DNA of 64,000 nucleotides from Bacteroidota bacterium (GTDB lineage Bacteria > Bacteroidota > Bacteroidia > Bacteroidales > VadinHA17). Numbering within the stretch: the stretch's first letter is position 1; the number at the start of each line of letters is the position of its first letter. Under the pieces are notes generated by a model. That model saw nothing but the letters and a program-made list of their open reading frames with translations, had not been told where the DNA came from and searched no databases. The translations under genes were made by a program, and so were the position numbers. The stretch covers positions 6,583-70,582 of the forward strand of contig JAAYDB010000143.1 of the NCBI GenBank assembly GCA_012729475.1, read 5' to 3'. Below are positions 49,502-59,502 of this stretch, piece after piece.

Positions 49502-50308
49502 TTATGTTGGTTTTACTTTGTCTGCTATCCTGAAGAAAAGCCACGGACACAATCTCCGGATATGTAATAATAGTAACTCTTTTCCTCCTACCAGTATCTC
49601 TTTTTTATTGTTCATTATACCTTTAATAATTATCAGGGCTGCTTTTTCCGGACTTATGCCACCGGCCAGTCCCTCATCCATCTGTCCGGTTTCTTTACCT
49701 TCTGCATTGAGAGCATGAAGTGAGATATTTGTTCTTACCCTTCCTGGGATAATTACTGATACCCTGATGTTATGTTTTTTATTCTCCAGGAACACTGTTT
49801 CGAAGAATCCGTGAAGAGCCTGTTTTGAAGCTGAATAGCCTGATCTTAGAGGAAATCCGAATCTGCCTGATATACTGCTTGTTGCCACTAAGTGTCCTGA
49901 TCTCTGTTTTATCATGTGTATAAGTACCGCCTTGGTCAGTGCTATTGTCCCGAAATAGTTTATCTCAAATATTTTTCTGTCAAGCCATAAAGGTGTTTCC
50001 TCAACCCGCGATCTCTGGCTTATACCTCCTATATTCAGCAGATAATCGATCTTGCCCAGATTCTTAATTTGTTCATCCACCAGAGCAGTAATATCAGATG
50101 TGTCAGCAAGGTCGAAAGGAGCAATGATAACTCTGGAAGATCCGCTGCCGCAGGCAGCCTTGACTCTCCTGAGGCCCTGTATGTCATTTGAAGATATAAT
50201 AACTGTGGCTCCTTCTTTGACAAATTGGTAAACGAGGGCTTCTCCAATACCAGAAGATGCACCCGTTATCCAGGCTGTTTTGCCGTACATGATACCATTT
50301 TGACTCAT
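49502..50308 (-). CDS. Classical short-chain dehydrogenase/reductase (SDR)
   Basis: 268 aa with TGASSGIGEA and YSASKQAL motifs. Confidence 0.88.
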   Translation of the reverse strand: MSQNGIMYGKTAWITGASSGIGEALVYQFVKEGATVIISSNDIQGLRRVKAACGSGSSRVIIAPFDLADTSDITALVDEQIKNLGKIDYLLNIGGISQRSRVEETPLWLDRKIFEINYFGTIALTKAVLIHMIKQRSGHLVATSSISGRFGFPLRSGYSASKQALHGFFETVFLENKKHNIRVSVIIPGRVRTNISLHALNAEGKETGQMDEGLAGGISPEKAALIIIKGIMNNKKEILVGGKELLLLHIRRLCPWLFFRIADKVKPT

Positions 50309-50310
50309 AA

Positions 50311-51639
50311 TTATAAAGCAGTTACCAGGCTTACCAGTTCATCATGGTCCTTTTTGAGAGTGATATACTCCTTATTTCCGGACCATAGGTAGTTTTTGAT
50401 ACGAAATCCTCCGATAATTCTCATAAGTACCAGATAATAGTTCCAGGCAAACAGACCCGACACAGGTATTGTAAGAAAAACCAGAATTGAAAGCCACCAG
50501 GGGGAGAAAATTATGAACGAGAGAATAAGGAATAAAGGAGTAAGAATTAATGCCAGGGCAAAGGAAAGTCCGTATTTCATTGTGCTGTGGAACTGAGCAT
50601 CTTTGATCTTGCGTGTCTGAAGATTTGGTAGTAAAAGAAAAGTAAGATTAAATATATTTCCATAAATGAAAAGGGGAAGAAATAATAGTAATCCGCAGGT
50701 CCCTGCCAAAAGCCAGCCAAGAGGATGTTTCTTTTTTGCCAGAAGTCTGTAATTTGTTTTTAACTTCCCGGCTTTCTTTTTAACCTTCAGGGTTAAGGAA
50801 CAAATCTTATTATATAATGAGAGGTCGGTTTCTTTTAGTTTATTAAGCTTGTCAATCATTATCCTGTCCCGGAATAATTTAGGAAAACGGATGTCGTCAC
50901 TGTATTTTCCGTTGATAAGGCTTCTCAGTTCATCGATAGCTTCATAATCTTCTTTAGATTCGATATGAACTATTAATTTTTTTATTTCCGAAGACAGTTT
51001 TTTTCTCAGCTCATTAAGGGCTATTTCCGGTGTTTTTTTGTATAGACTGTGAAATTCGGAGACTTCAACAGGATTACCGTATACCACAGTCAGTACCTGC
51101 CGGTATCGCGTATAATGAGTGAATTCAATGCCAACAGGAATAATTTTGATATTCAGATTGAAGCCGGAAGCTTCATCAGCCTGAAAAGCTATTCTGCAGA
51201 TACCTTTTTTTAATTGACGCAATCTTCTGAAACCGGCATGATTGCCCTCCGGAAGGATTACCAGACCGTTTTTATTGCGTAAGACATTAATAGTTCTCTG
51301 GAATATTTCCTCATTACTTTTAAGAGATTCGTATCCGTCTCTTATCCTGTAAACGGGTAACATCTTAAGATAATAGAGAATAGATGCTATGAATTTATTC
51401 TTAAAAATATCGGCTCTTGCAAGGAACACCGGCTGTGTTTTGAGAGAATATACAATAGCCAGAGCATCCATCAGTGCATTCTGGTGGTTTGGGGCAAAAA
51501 TAAGATGTTTGTCATAATCTATTTTGTCACGACCAAGAACAATGACTTTTCTGTAATAAACATTATTATGCCAGAAACCTGAGACTTTTCTTATTAATGT
51601 ATAACCCTTTGAGTATTTTTCAATATTGTCTTTACCCAT
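50311..51639 (-). CDS. PlsC-type acyltransferase fused to a C-terminal multi-TM domain
   Basis: 442 aa with H(X)4D motif NHQNALMDAL and ...ILPEGNH... The C-terminal ~130 aa form hydrophobic helices. Confidence 0.75.
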   Translation of the reverse strand: MGKDNIEKYSKGYTLIRKVSGFWHNNVYYRKVIVLGRDKIDYDKHLIFAPNHQNALMDALAIVYSLKTQPVFLARADIFKNKFIASILYYLKMLPVYRIRDGYESLKSNEEIFQRTINVLRNKNGLVILPEGNHAGFRRLRQLKKGICRIAFQADEASGFNLNIKIIPVGIEFTHYTRYRQVLTVVYGNPVEVSEFHSLYKKTPEIALNELRKKLSSEIKKLIVHIESKEDYEAIDELRSLINGKYSDDIRFPKLFRDRIMIDKLNKLKETDLSLYNKICSLTLKVKKKAGKLKTNYRLLAKKKHPLGWLLAGTCGLLLFLPLFIYGNIFNLTFLLLPNLQTRKIKDAQFHSTMKYGLSFALALILTPLFLILSFIIFSPWWLSILVFLTIPVSGLFAWNYYLVLMRIIGGFRIKNYLWSGNKEYITLKKDHDELVSLVTAL

Positions 51640-51790
51640 CCCCTGAATATACCATTTCTGTTATTTACAAAACCGTGTTATATGGATATAGTACGGATGG
51701 GTGCAAGTTAGAAAAAATGGTTTTATGGTGATTCAGATAATATATTTTAAAAGATGATTTATTTGAAATTTACGTCTTTATACTACTATA

Positions 51791-52195
51791 TTAAAGACTG
51801 TCCGGATCACTTTTCCATTTGTCAATGATCCTTCTTTCTTTTTTTGTAGGACGTCCTCTTCCTTTCTCTCTGAAACCGAAAGGATCGCCTGTATTTTTTA
51901 TTTCCAGTTTCTTTTTTTCACTATCCGGAGTAAGGTCACTGATATAGTTTTCCACCAGTTTGGCAGATACTCTTGAGCTGAGCGGGCTGATTATTTTATA
52001 TGTGTAAGTTACAGGAGGCTTTTTTATGGTAAGCGTTTCATTTCCTTCTATTATTCTGGAGGGTTTGGCATTAATACCGTTGACAAGGATCCGTCCCATT
52101 TTGCAGGCACTTATGGCAAGTCCTCTGGTCTTAAAAATTCTGACAGCCCAAAGAAATTTATCAAGTCTTACTGATTGATCTTGAGTGCGGGCCAT
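51791..52195 (-). CDS. S4-domain RNA-binding protein (Hsp15/HslR-like)
   Basis: 134 aa, ...VRLDKFLWAVRIFKTRGLAISACKMGRILVNG... Confidence 0.85.
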   Translation of the reverse strand: MARTQDQSVRLDKFLWAVRIFKTRGLAISACKMGRILVNGINAKPSRIIEGNETLTIKKPPVTYTYKIISPLSSRVSAKLVENYISDLTPDSEKKKLEIKNTGDPFGFREKGRGRPTKKERRIIDKWKSDPDSL

Positions 52196-52205
52196 TTCTG
52201 ATATG

Positions 52206-52829
52206 TTATTTTTGGGGTGCTTTATTGTCGCTGTTATTCGGGGGACTCTCTCTTTGAACTGATCTCCCTGCCTTATTGAAAGCAGTCATTGTTATTTCTG
52301 TTCCTGCAGTGCAGAATGATTTTATCATTTCCATAACAATGGCTATTCTTTCTTCGAGAAATTTTTTCTCTTCGCCGGTCCACCGGCCTAGAACATAGTC
52401 AACCTGTCTTCCTTTACTGTACTCATTGCCTATTCCTATTCTTATTCTTGCATATTCATTTGTTGAAAGAACAGAGTTTATATGAGCCAGGCCGTTATGT
52501 CCTCCATCACTTCCTTTTCGGCGCATGCGTATACTTCCGGGGGGAAGGGCCAGGTCATCCACAATCACAAGAAGGTTTTCAATAGCAATTTTTTCCCTGT
52601 TCAGCCAGTATCTCACAGCATTCCCACTGAGATTCATATAGGTTGATGGTTTAAGGAGGATCAGTTCTCTGCCTTTATGCTTTACTCTGCATATATAACC
52701 AAAGCGTTTGTCTTCAAACGAAGCATGCGAAGCTGAAGCAAAAGTGTCCAGAACTTTAAAGCCAATATTATGACGAGTATCAGAATACTTGTCGCCAATA
52801 TTTCCCAGGCCAACTATCAAATATTTCAC
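52206..52829 (-). CDS. pth: Peptidyl-tRNA hydrolase
   Basis: 207 aa, MKYLIVGLGNIGDKYSDTRHNIGF..., ...GGHNGL... Confidence 0.95.
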   Translation of the reverse strand: MKYLIVGLGNIGDKYSDTRHNIGFKVLDTFASASHASFEDKRFGYICRVKHKGRELILLKPSTYMNLSGNAVRYWLNREKIAIENLLVIVDDLALPPGSIRMRRKGSDGGHNGLAHINSVLSTNEYARIRIGIGNEYSKGRQVDYVLGRWTGEEKKFLEERIAIVMEMIKSFCTAGTEITMTAFNKAGRSVQRESPPNNSDNKAPQK

Positions 52830-52970
52830 ACGTGTATTTAAATATTATTTTATTGACCGTATGGAGCTTACATGAATTGAATAATAATTAACTTTTGTCG
52901 GGTTCTGCTCATGTAAGTTTCATTGTGCCTGTATTAACAGGAAAATCCGGGATTATTTTCCGGGTTTAGT

Positions 52971-53624
52971 TTAGGATTTTTCTTTGGTATCCTTATCTTC
53001 TGCAGATTCAGCAGGAGTTTCACCTTCCTTAGCAGCTTCTCCTTCAGCTTCTTCTTCTCCTTCTGCTTTGACTGCCACACGTGATGTTGCAACAGTAACG
53101 ACTGTTGTGATTTTCGGATCAAGTAATTCCAGTTTATCAAAAGCCAGATCACCGACTTTGATGGAATGATTGATTTTCAGATTTGTGACATCAACAGTGA
53201 GTTCTTCAGGCAGATCTTCGGCCAGACCTTTTACTTTAAGGCGTCTTTTTTTCGAAATAAGTTTTCCTCCTGCTTTAACACCAGCTGAATCGCCTGTTAT
53301 TTTTACAGGAATTCTCATCACTACGGGTTTCCCATCAATAATTTTTATGAAATCGGCATGTAATAGTTTATCTGTTACAGGATGGAATTGTGTATCCTGG
53401 AGGATAGCGTTATAATCCTGACCATCAATTTTCAGTTTCACCAGATGTGCTTCATGTGTATAGATAAGCTTCTGGAAGCTGAGTTCATGAGCATAGAAAT
53501 GGATATTCTGATCCTTGTCATATATTACACACGGAACATTTCCGTCTTTCCTGATACGTTTGCTGCTTTTCTTTCCAAGATCTTTCCTTAATGAAGCCTT
53601 AATTTCTATTGTTTTCATTCCCAT
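52971..53624 (-). CDS. rplY: 50S ribosomal protein L25 / general stress protein Ctc
   Basis: 217 aa, ...LRKDLGKKSSKRIRKDGNVPCVIY..., two-domain Ctc form with an acidic tail. Conserved pth-rplY-prs neighbourhood. Confidence 0.92.
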   Translation of the reverse strand: MGMKTIEIKASLRKDLGKKSSKRIRKDGNVPCVIYDKDQNIHFYAHELSFQKLIYTHEAHLVKLKIDGQDYNAILQDTQFHPVTDKLLHADFIKIIDGKPVVMRIPVKITGDSAGVKAGGKLISKKRRLKVKGLAEDLPEELTVDVTNLKINHSIKVGDLAFDKLELLDPKITTVVTVATSRVAVKAEGEEEAEGEAAKEGETPAESAEDKDTKEKS

Positions 53625-53718
53625 GGTATTATTGTGCTACTAAAAGTGATCTCCCGATGACTTCCCATTACACGTTAGACATTTTTGAAAATTGGTGTGC
53701 AAATATATTATAAAGGGA

Positions 53719-54639
53719 TCAGAATACAAAATTTACACTGATGGAACGGTTATTGGTAACGGCCTGTATTGTTTTGGCAAAAATATCAGCTATTGAGAGC
53801 ACTTTTATTTTTTCCGAATGTTGCCGGAGGGGTATTGAATCGGTTATAACCAGTTCCTCGATGGCTGATTTATTAATTCTGTCAACTGCATTTCCTGAAA
53901 GAATAGGATGTGTTGCAAAGGCTCTTATACTTTTGGCTCCCTTTTCCTTCATCATATCGGCAGCCAGGACCAGAGTGCCGGCGGTATCCACCATATCATC
54001 AATAATAACTACATTTCGGCCTTCCACCTCACCGATGATGGACATTTCCTCCACAACATTGGGTTTTTTCCTGAGTTTATAACAGAGAACTATTTCAGTC
54101 TGGAGATGGCGGGAATAAGCGTTGGCTCTTTTTGAACCACCCATATCAGGAGCTGATATGGTCAGATCTTTAAGTTTGAGATTTTCAATGTATGGAGCAA
54201 ATATTGCTGAACCAAAAAGGTGATCAACAGGTACGTTAAAAAAACCCTGTATCTGGTCGGCATGCAGGTCCATGGTTATCACTCTGTCAACACCTGCGGT
54301 ACTCAGCAGGTCGGCTGACAGCTTTGATCCTATTGATACCCGTGGCCGGTCTTTCCTGTCCTGGCGTGCAAAACCGTAATAAGGGATTACGGCAATCACC
54401 TTATATGCTGAAGCCCTTTTGGCTGCATCGATCATAAGCAGAAGTTCAAACAGGTTGTCGGCAGGAGGATTGGTCGACTGAACTATGAAAACCATATTGC
54501 CTCTTACCGATTCATCAAAGCATGGTTGAAATTCACCGTCACTGAAATTTGTTACTGAACTTCTGCCAACTTCAATGCCAAGTTTATCTGCTATCTTTTC
54601 TGCCAGTTGCCGTGATGCCCTGCAGGAAAAAAGTTTCAT
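53719..54639 (-). CDS. prs: Ribose-phosphate pyrophosphokinase
   Basis: Taken from ATG 54639 (MKLFSCRASRQLAEKIADKLG...), with ...YYGFARQDRK..., ...DLHADQIQGFF..., ...IIDDMVDTAGT... Confidence 0.95.
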   Translation of the reverse strand: MKLFSCRASRQLAEKIADKLGIEVGRSSVTNFSDGEFQPCFDESVRGNMVFIVQSTNPPADNLFELLLMIDAAKRASAYKVIAVIPYYGFARQDRKDRPRVSIGSKLSADLLSTAGVDRVITMDLHADQIQGFFNVPVDHLFGSAIFAPYIENLKLKDLTISAPDMGGSKRANAYSRHLQTEIVLCYKLRKKPNVVEEMSIIGEVEGRNVVIIDDMVDTAGTLVLAADMMKEKGAKSIRAFATHPILSGNAVDRINKSAIEELVITDSIPLRQHSEKIKVLSIADIFAKTIQAVTNNRSISVNFVF

Positions 54640-54721
54640 TGGTGCTATTCCATACATGGATAGTGTGGATTGATTAGATGATCAACAATAGTGCTTACAA
54701 AATTAACTATTCCTGACAATA

Positions 54722-55330
54722 TCAGAGAGATTTTGAAAAATTGTTGATATATTCTTCTATGAATTTCAGAATATCTTCTCGTCCAGTGCGTTTAACTGTT
54801 GAAGAAATAAATGTCTGAGGCAGACTTTCCCATACATTAAGCATTATTCTGTCGTATTCCTTAACAGCTTTGTCCATGGTACCCAGGCTTATTTTGTCAC
54901 TTTTGGTGAAAACCCTGGCAAAAGGAACTCTGTTAATGCCAAGGAATTCCATGAAATCCAGGTCGGATCTTTGAGGCTTATGTCTCGAATCAATAAGGAC
55001 GAACAGACATATAAGGGTTTCCCTTTTCAAAATATAATCCCTTACATTTCCCGACCATGATTCTCTCAGTTTCACCGGGACTTTTGCATAACCATAACCG
55101 GGCAGATCCACAAGAAACCAGTTTTCGTTAATGAGATAATGGTTGATGGTTCTTGTCTTACCGGGCTCTCCTGATATTCTTGCAAGTTTAGACCATCCAG
55201 TCAGCATATTTATAAGAGATGATTTCCCTACATTTGACCTGCCGATAAATCCGAATTCCGGCAGCCGGGCAGGGGGGCATTGTTGAAGGGTAGAGCTGCT
55301 TTTCTCAAAGGTGGCTGAACGGATAATCAT
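54722..55330 (-). CDS. engB: Ribosome biogenesis GTPase YihA/EngB (YsxC)
   Basis: 202 aa, ...FIGRSNVGKSSLINMLTG..., ...DLPGYGYAK..., ...TKSDK... Confidence 0.92.
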   Translation of the reverse strand: MIIRSATFEKSSSTLQQCPPARLPEFGFIGRSNVGKSSLINMLTGWSKLARISGEPGKTRTINHYLINENWFLVDLPGYGYAKVPVKLRESWSGNVRDYILKRETLICLFVLIDSRHKPQRSDLDFMEFLGINRVPFARVFTKSDKISLGTMDKAVKEYDRIMLNVWESLPQTFISSTVKRTGREDILKFIEEYINNFSKSL

Positions 55331-55338
55331 ATTACTGA

Positions 55339-56109
55339 CTATTTGAGATCATTATATGGCAGATCGATCTCTTTGTATATGAAATGCCTGTTCCTGAAAG
55401 GAGTTACCATTTCTGCCACAACCCCTATCTGATTCTGACCCGGAGCGTCAGATTTTCTGAGGTCCAGCTGAGCTTTACCCTTTACAGTATTAAGGGGTCT
55501 GATCAATGTAGTGTCTATAACATCATTCCGTATCTCACCCTGATGGAATTTAACATTTATATTTCCATCAGATAATTCAAGCCCTATCCTGTAAACGCCT
55601 TTGGAATCATATTCATCTGTTGTATTGACAACAATTTCAGGATAATCCCTGTAGAGGTTACCGTCACCGAGATATTCTTCGATATAGGTAGTTCGCCGTC
55701 CTTTGTCGAAACCTAGTTTGGCTCTTAGTTTGCCTGTCCGGTAATACTGTATCTGGATCCCGTGAATGGTGTCATTTACATAAGGAGTCTTTCTGAAAAG
55801 CTGACCTTCTGTGAAATAATAATGGCTGGTGTCCTGCCTTAATCCGTTTTCATACCAGAAAGTCTGGTATAATTCTCCTGTCCTGTAATATGTTTTTGTC
55901 AACCCTTCGCGAATACCATTTTTAAATGTTACTTCTTTTACTACCAGGTTATTGCTTCCGGCATATTGTTTTATACCTGTGAATCCTGTATCTGGAACCA
56001 TAACTGTGTCATTGTCAGTTGTTACAGGTTTGTTTGCGCCACCCTTCCCTGAACAGGCTGCCAGGGTTACTATCAGGATGATGGTGATTGTTGCTGGAAA
56101 GATTTTCAT
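55339..56109 (-). CDS. Lipoprotein with MORN-variant (YwqK-like) repeats
   Basis: 256 aa with lipobox LAAC. Repeated ...G...G....YY..G.L motifs, e.g. NGIREGLTKTYYRTGELYQTFWYENGLRQD. Confidence 0.6.
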   Translation of the reverse strand: MKIFPATITIILIVTLAACSGKGGANKPVTTDNDTVMVPDTGFTGIKQYAGSNNLVVKEVTFKNGIREGLTKTYYRTGELYQTFWYENGLRQDTSHYYFTEGQLFRKTPYVNDTIHGIQIQYYRTGKLRAKLGFDKGRRTTYIEEYLGDGNLYRDYPEIVVNTTDEYDSKGVYRIGLELSDGNINVKFHQGEIRNDVIDTTLIRPLNTVKGKAQLDLRKSDAPGQNQIGVVAEMVTPFRNRHFIYKEIDLPYNDLK

Positions 56110-56110
56110 A

Positions 56111-57121
56111 TCAGTTTATAATATTTTGGTTTTTTACATCTCCTTTAATAAATACTTCAAGAATAGTAGCTTCAGGAGAGGGTTCAAGTGCTATGTCATT
56201 TATCATAGCAGGCAGAAGGACTGTCTCTCCCTTTATCACAGACTCAGACTGGTTATCCCATAGTATCCTGAAAGCTCCTTCCGTACAGATAAAAATTACA
56301 AATGAGTCTATTAAAAAATAATCCTTACTTATAAGTTCATTAAAATTAATAATATTTGTTGTGAAAAACTCACAATCAACAAGGTTTTCTGTCTTGTTTT
56401 CTGAAGGAATACCCGAAATTTTATTTTTCCCTGCAGCGTTGAAGTCTATAGCATCAAGGGCCAGGTCTGTATGCAGCTCTCTTGGCTTTCCGTCAAATCC
56501 ATGCCTGTTCCAGTCGAATATTCTATAGGTGATATCGGATGTCTGTTGTATTTCGACAAGAACATTCCCTGCACCTATTGCATGTATACGGCCTGCTGGT
56601 GTGAAAAAAACATCGCCCGGATCAGTGTACTCAACATTTAGCAGTTCTGCAGGTTTACCTGAATCAAGAGCTGCCACAAATTCCTCCCTGCTGCATGCTT
56701 CCCTGAATCCGGTATATATCCTGGAGTTCTTTTCATTTTCAAGAATATACCACATCTCTGTTTTTCCGTAAGCCTTATGTTTTTCCCTGGCTTGTTTGTT
56801 GCCGGGGTGTACCTGTATTGAAAGATCTTCTTTTGCCTCGATAAGCTTTATCAGTAATGGAAATTCCACGCCAAATCTGTCGTAAATAGAATCACCTGTT
56901 ATATCTCCCATATATACTTCGATAAGTTCTTCCAGATTGTTACCTGCAAGGAATCCATTGCTTACTACTGAGATATTACCACTTAAAGCCGAAATTTCCC
57001 AACTTTCACCATACTTAAGCTCAGGATCAGCTTTCTTATTATAATGGGTGACCAGAGATGTTCCTCCCCATATCTTTTCTTTCAAAATGCTTTCAAACTT
57101 AAGCGGGTACAGCTCTGACAT
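56111..57121 (-). CDS. manA: Class I mannose-6-phosphate isomerase
   Basis: 336 aa, MSELYPLKFESILKEKIWGG..., ...LSIQVHP..., ...AGRIHAIGAGNVLVEIQQTSD... Confidence 0.85.
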   Translation of the reverse strand: MSELYPLKFESILKEKIWGGTSLVTHYNKKADPELKYGESWEISALSGNISVVSNGFLAGNNLEELIEVYMGDITGDSIYDRFGVEFPLLIKLIEAKEDLSIQVHPGNKQAREKHKAYGKTEMWYILENEKNSRIYTGFREACSREEFVAALDSGKPAELLNVEYTDPGDVFFTPAGRIHAIGAGNVLVEIQQTSDITYRIFDWNRHGFDGKPRELHTDLALDAIDFNAAGKNKISGIPSENKTENLVDCEFFTTNIINFNELISKDYFLIDSFVIFICTEGAFRILWDNQSESVIKGETVLLPAMINDIALEPSPEATILEVFIKGDVKNQNIIN

Positions 57122-57234
57122 CTTACAATATGTTTTAGGTTTACCGGCAGGCAGAGATTAATTATTAATGGTGGTAATTAGTTGTTATTTTGAACTTTTA
57201 TTGCTGCAAATTTACATATAAATGATGAAACTAA

Positions 57235-58032
57235 TCATTCTGCCATACTTAACAATGCTTCAGCAACTTCATTAGGTTTATCTGAATGAAGCCAGTGACC
57301 GGCATTTTTCACTTTCCTGATCACTGCATCCGGAAAGATCCTGATGATATCCTGAAAATCATTTTCAGGAAGATAGGACGATTTTTCACCCTTCAGAAAT
57401 GTTACAGGGAATCCTGTCAGTCCGGGGTAATATCCTGACGGACGCGGCAATCCGTCCATTATACTGTCGATATTACTCAGGAGTGCAGGTATGTTTAATT
57501 TCCATCTGAACTTGTTTCCTTCTTTACGTTGCAGATTTTTCATCAGGAAATTTCTGATCTTATCAGAGGGAATATCCTGTAACAATTGTTTTTCAATTGT
57601 CTGTCTGGAAGTGATTCCTGAAAGGTCAAGTGCCTTCAGGGTATTGAGGATGTTGAGATGGAAGTTGTATTCCGCATTGTTCTCTTTCGGTGTTTGGAAG
57701 GGAGATATGTCAGCAATAAGCAGTCCGGCCAGTTTACCCGGATTTTCGACAGCGAAAAAAGCTGCCACTTTCCCGCCCATGCTATGACCCGCCAGATAAA
57801 ACTTACCTTGTATATGATCATTTGAGAATTCAAGTAAATCTGTTACCAGATTCTTATAGTCATGAACAGGGCTATGCGGTGATAATCCATGATTCCTCTG
57901 ATCCGGCAGATGTACAGTATATCTGTAGCTTATCTTTTTTGCAATCGGGATCCAGTTATCTGAAGAGCCGTACAAGCCGTGGAGTATTATGAGTGGGGGA
58001 CCCTGACCGTATTTCCTGTAAAATAATTCCAT
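57235..58032 (-). CDS. Alpha/beta hydrolase
   Basis: 265 aa, ...PPLIILHGLYGSSDNW..., nucleophile elbow GHSMGG. Confidence 0.85.
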   Translation of the reverse strand: MELFYRKYGQGPPLIILHGLYGSSDNWIPIAKKISYRYTVHLPDQRNHGLSPHSPVHDYKNLVTDLLEFSNDHIQGKFYLAGHSMGGKVAAFFAVENPGKLAGLLIADISPFQTPKENNAEYNFHLNILNTLKALDLSGITSRQTIEKQLLQDIPSDKIRNFLMKNLQRKEGNKFRWKLNIPALLSNIDSIMDGLPRPSGYYPGLTGFPVTFLKGEKSSYLPENDFQDIIRIFPDAVIRKVKNAGHWLHSDKPNEVAEALLSMAE

Positions 58033-58038
58033 CGGCAG

Positions 58039-58755
58039 TTAAGTAGCCAGTTGCCTTTTGTAGAGCTGTATAGTGTTTTCCAGACCCAGGTAAAGAGCGT
58101 CTGCTATTAGTGCATGTCCTATTGATACTTCCATAAGCCATGGGATATTGCTATGGAAGTAATTCAGATTATTGAGGTTGAGATCATGGCCTGCATTAAG
58201 ACCGAGTCCTGTCTCCCTGGCTATTTCAGCTGCCTTTATAAAGGGAGCTATAGCTTCAGCTGCATTGTGGCTGAAGCCGCTTGCATAAGGTTCTGTGTAT
58301 AATTCAACCCGGTCAGCGCCTGTAGCAGCAGCATTCTGAATGTTTACTGCTTTTGTATCAACAAAAAGAGAGGTTCTGATACCTGCTTTTTTAAAAGTAG
58401 TTACGACGTCTGTAAGAAATGACCTGTTACTGACGGTATCCCATCCGGCATTTGAGGTAATTGCATCGTGCCTGTCGGGTACCAGTGTTACCTGGTCAGG
58501 CCTGACAGAGAGAACCAGATTGATAAAACTGTCGGAGGGGTTGCCTTCAATGTTAAATTCAGTTGTGATTATTGATTTGATCTCAGTCACATCTTTATAT
58601 CGTATATGCCTTTCATCGGGCCGGGGATGTACGGTTATGCCATCGGCCCCGTAGAGCTGACAATTGACTGCAGCATTAAGGACATTCGGAATATTACCCC
58701 CTCTTGCATTTCTTAGTGTTGCTATTTTATTTATGTTTACACTTAACTTTGTCAT
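58039..58755 (-). CDS. pdxJ: Pyridoxine 5'-phosphate synthase
   Basis: 238 aa, [20 protein letters not shown]..., ...HPRPDERHI..., ...LNAGHDLN... Confidence 0.95.
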   Translation of the reverse strand: MTKLSVNINKIATLRNARGGNIPNVLNAAVNCQLYGADGITVHPRPDERHIRYKDVTEIKSIITTEFNIEGNPSDSFINLVLSVRPDQVTLVPDRHDAITSNAGWDTVSNRSFLTDVVTTFKKAGIRTSLFVDTKAVNIQNAAATGADRVELYTEPYASGFSHNAAEAIAPFIKAAEIARETGLGLNAGHDLNLNNLNYFHSNIPWLMEVSIGHALIADALYLGLENTIQLYKRQLAT

Positions 58756-58830
58756 CGCTTAAATTATATTGAGGATACAAAATTAATATAACTCTCTTTT
58801 TTTTACTATTTTAGTTGAAAATTAATATTT

Positions 58831-59496
58831 ATGACTGCAAATGATCTGATATCTCAGGTTATACCTTCTCTTAAAACATCGGATACAGGACAGACCGCTC
58901 TGAACTGGATGGAAATATTCAGGATATCACATCTGCCTATAGTGAATAATCAGGACTTTCTGGGACTTATCTCGGATAATGATATATACGATATGAATAA
59001 GCCTGAAGAAGCTATTGGTAATCATGAATTGACTCTTCTTAAGCCTTATGTGAAAGATAATCAGCATCTTTTTGAAGTGGTAGGTCTTGCTGCCAGGCTT
59101 AAGCTATCAGTTGTTCCTGTGCTGGATGACCGTAATCATTACAAGGGGGTGGTCACAACAAGTGATCTTGTACAGCATATAGCCGGGATATCTTCTATGG
59201 ATCAGCCGGGAGGGATAATTGTTCTTGAGATGGTGGAAAGGGATTATTCACTCAGCCAGATAGCTCAGATAGTGGAGAGTAATAATGTAAAAGTTTTGAG
59301 TATGTATATTACATCACCGTCTGACTCTATAAGGCTCGAGGTAACCTTGAAGGTCAATGCCACAGATCTGCTTTCTGTTATCAGAACCTTTGAAAGGTAT
59401 AACTATGATGTAAAGACATGGGTCAGTACAAATGACTCTATTGATCAGTTTTATTCAGAACGTTTTGATCTTCTGATGAAATACCTTAATATGTAA
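58831..59496 (+). CDS. CBS-domain pair protein
   Basis: 221 aa. CBS-like ...HLPIVNNQDFLGLISDNDI... and ...VVPVLDDRNHYKGVVTTSDL... Usual Bacteroidota slot between pdxJ and nadK. Confidence 0.75.
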   Translation: MTANDLISQVIPSLKTSDTGQTALNWMEIFRISHLPIVNNQDFLGLISDNDIYDMNKPEEAIGNHELTLLKPYVKDNQHLFEVVGLAARLKLSVVPVLDDRNHYKGVVTTSDLVQHIAGISSMDQPGGIIVLEMVERDYSLSQIAQIVESNNVKVLSMYITSPSDSIRLEVTLKVNATDLLSVIRTFERYNYDVKTWVSTNDSIDQFYSERFDLLMKYLNM

Positions 59497-59502
59497 AAGG
59501 TT

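Noticed and set aside
52867-52917. 9-bp inverted repeat CTTACATGA / TCATGTAAG between rplY and pth.
   Set aside because: The loop is about 33 nt and there is no U-tract on either strand. It may be a weak attenuator, but that is not supportable from sequence alone.
52934-53169. Lys-rich 72-aa minus-strand ORF and Ser/Ala-rich 61-aa plus-strand ORF at the 3' end of rplY.
   Set aside because: These are alternative-frame and antisense readings of the GAA/GAG/AAG-rich acidic tail of L25/Ctc. There is no independent signal.
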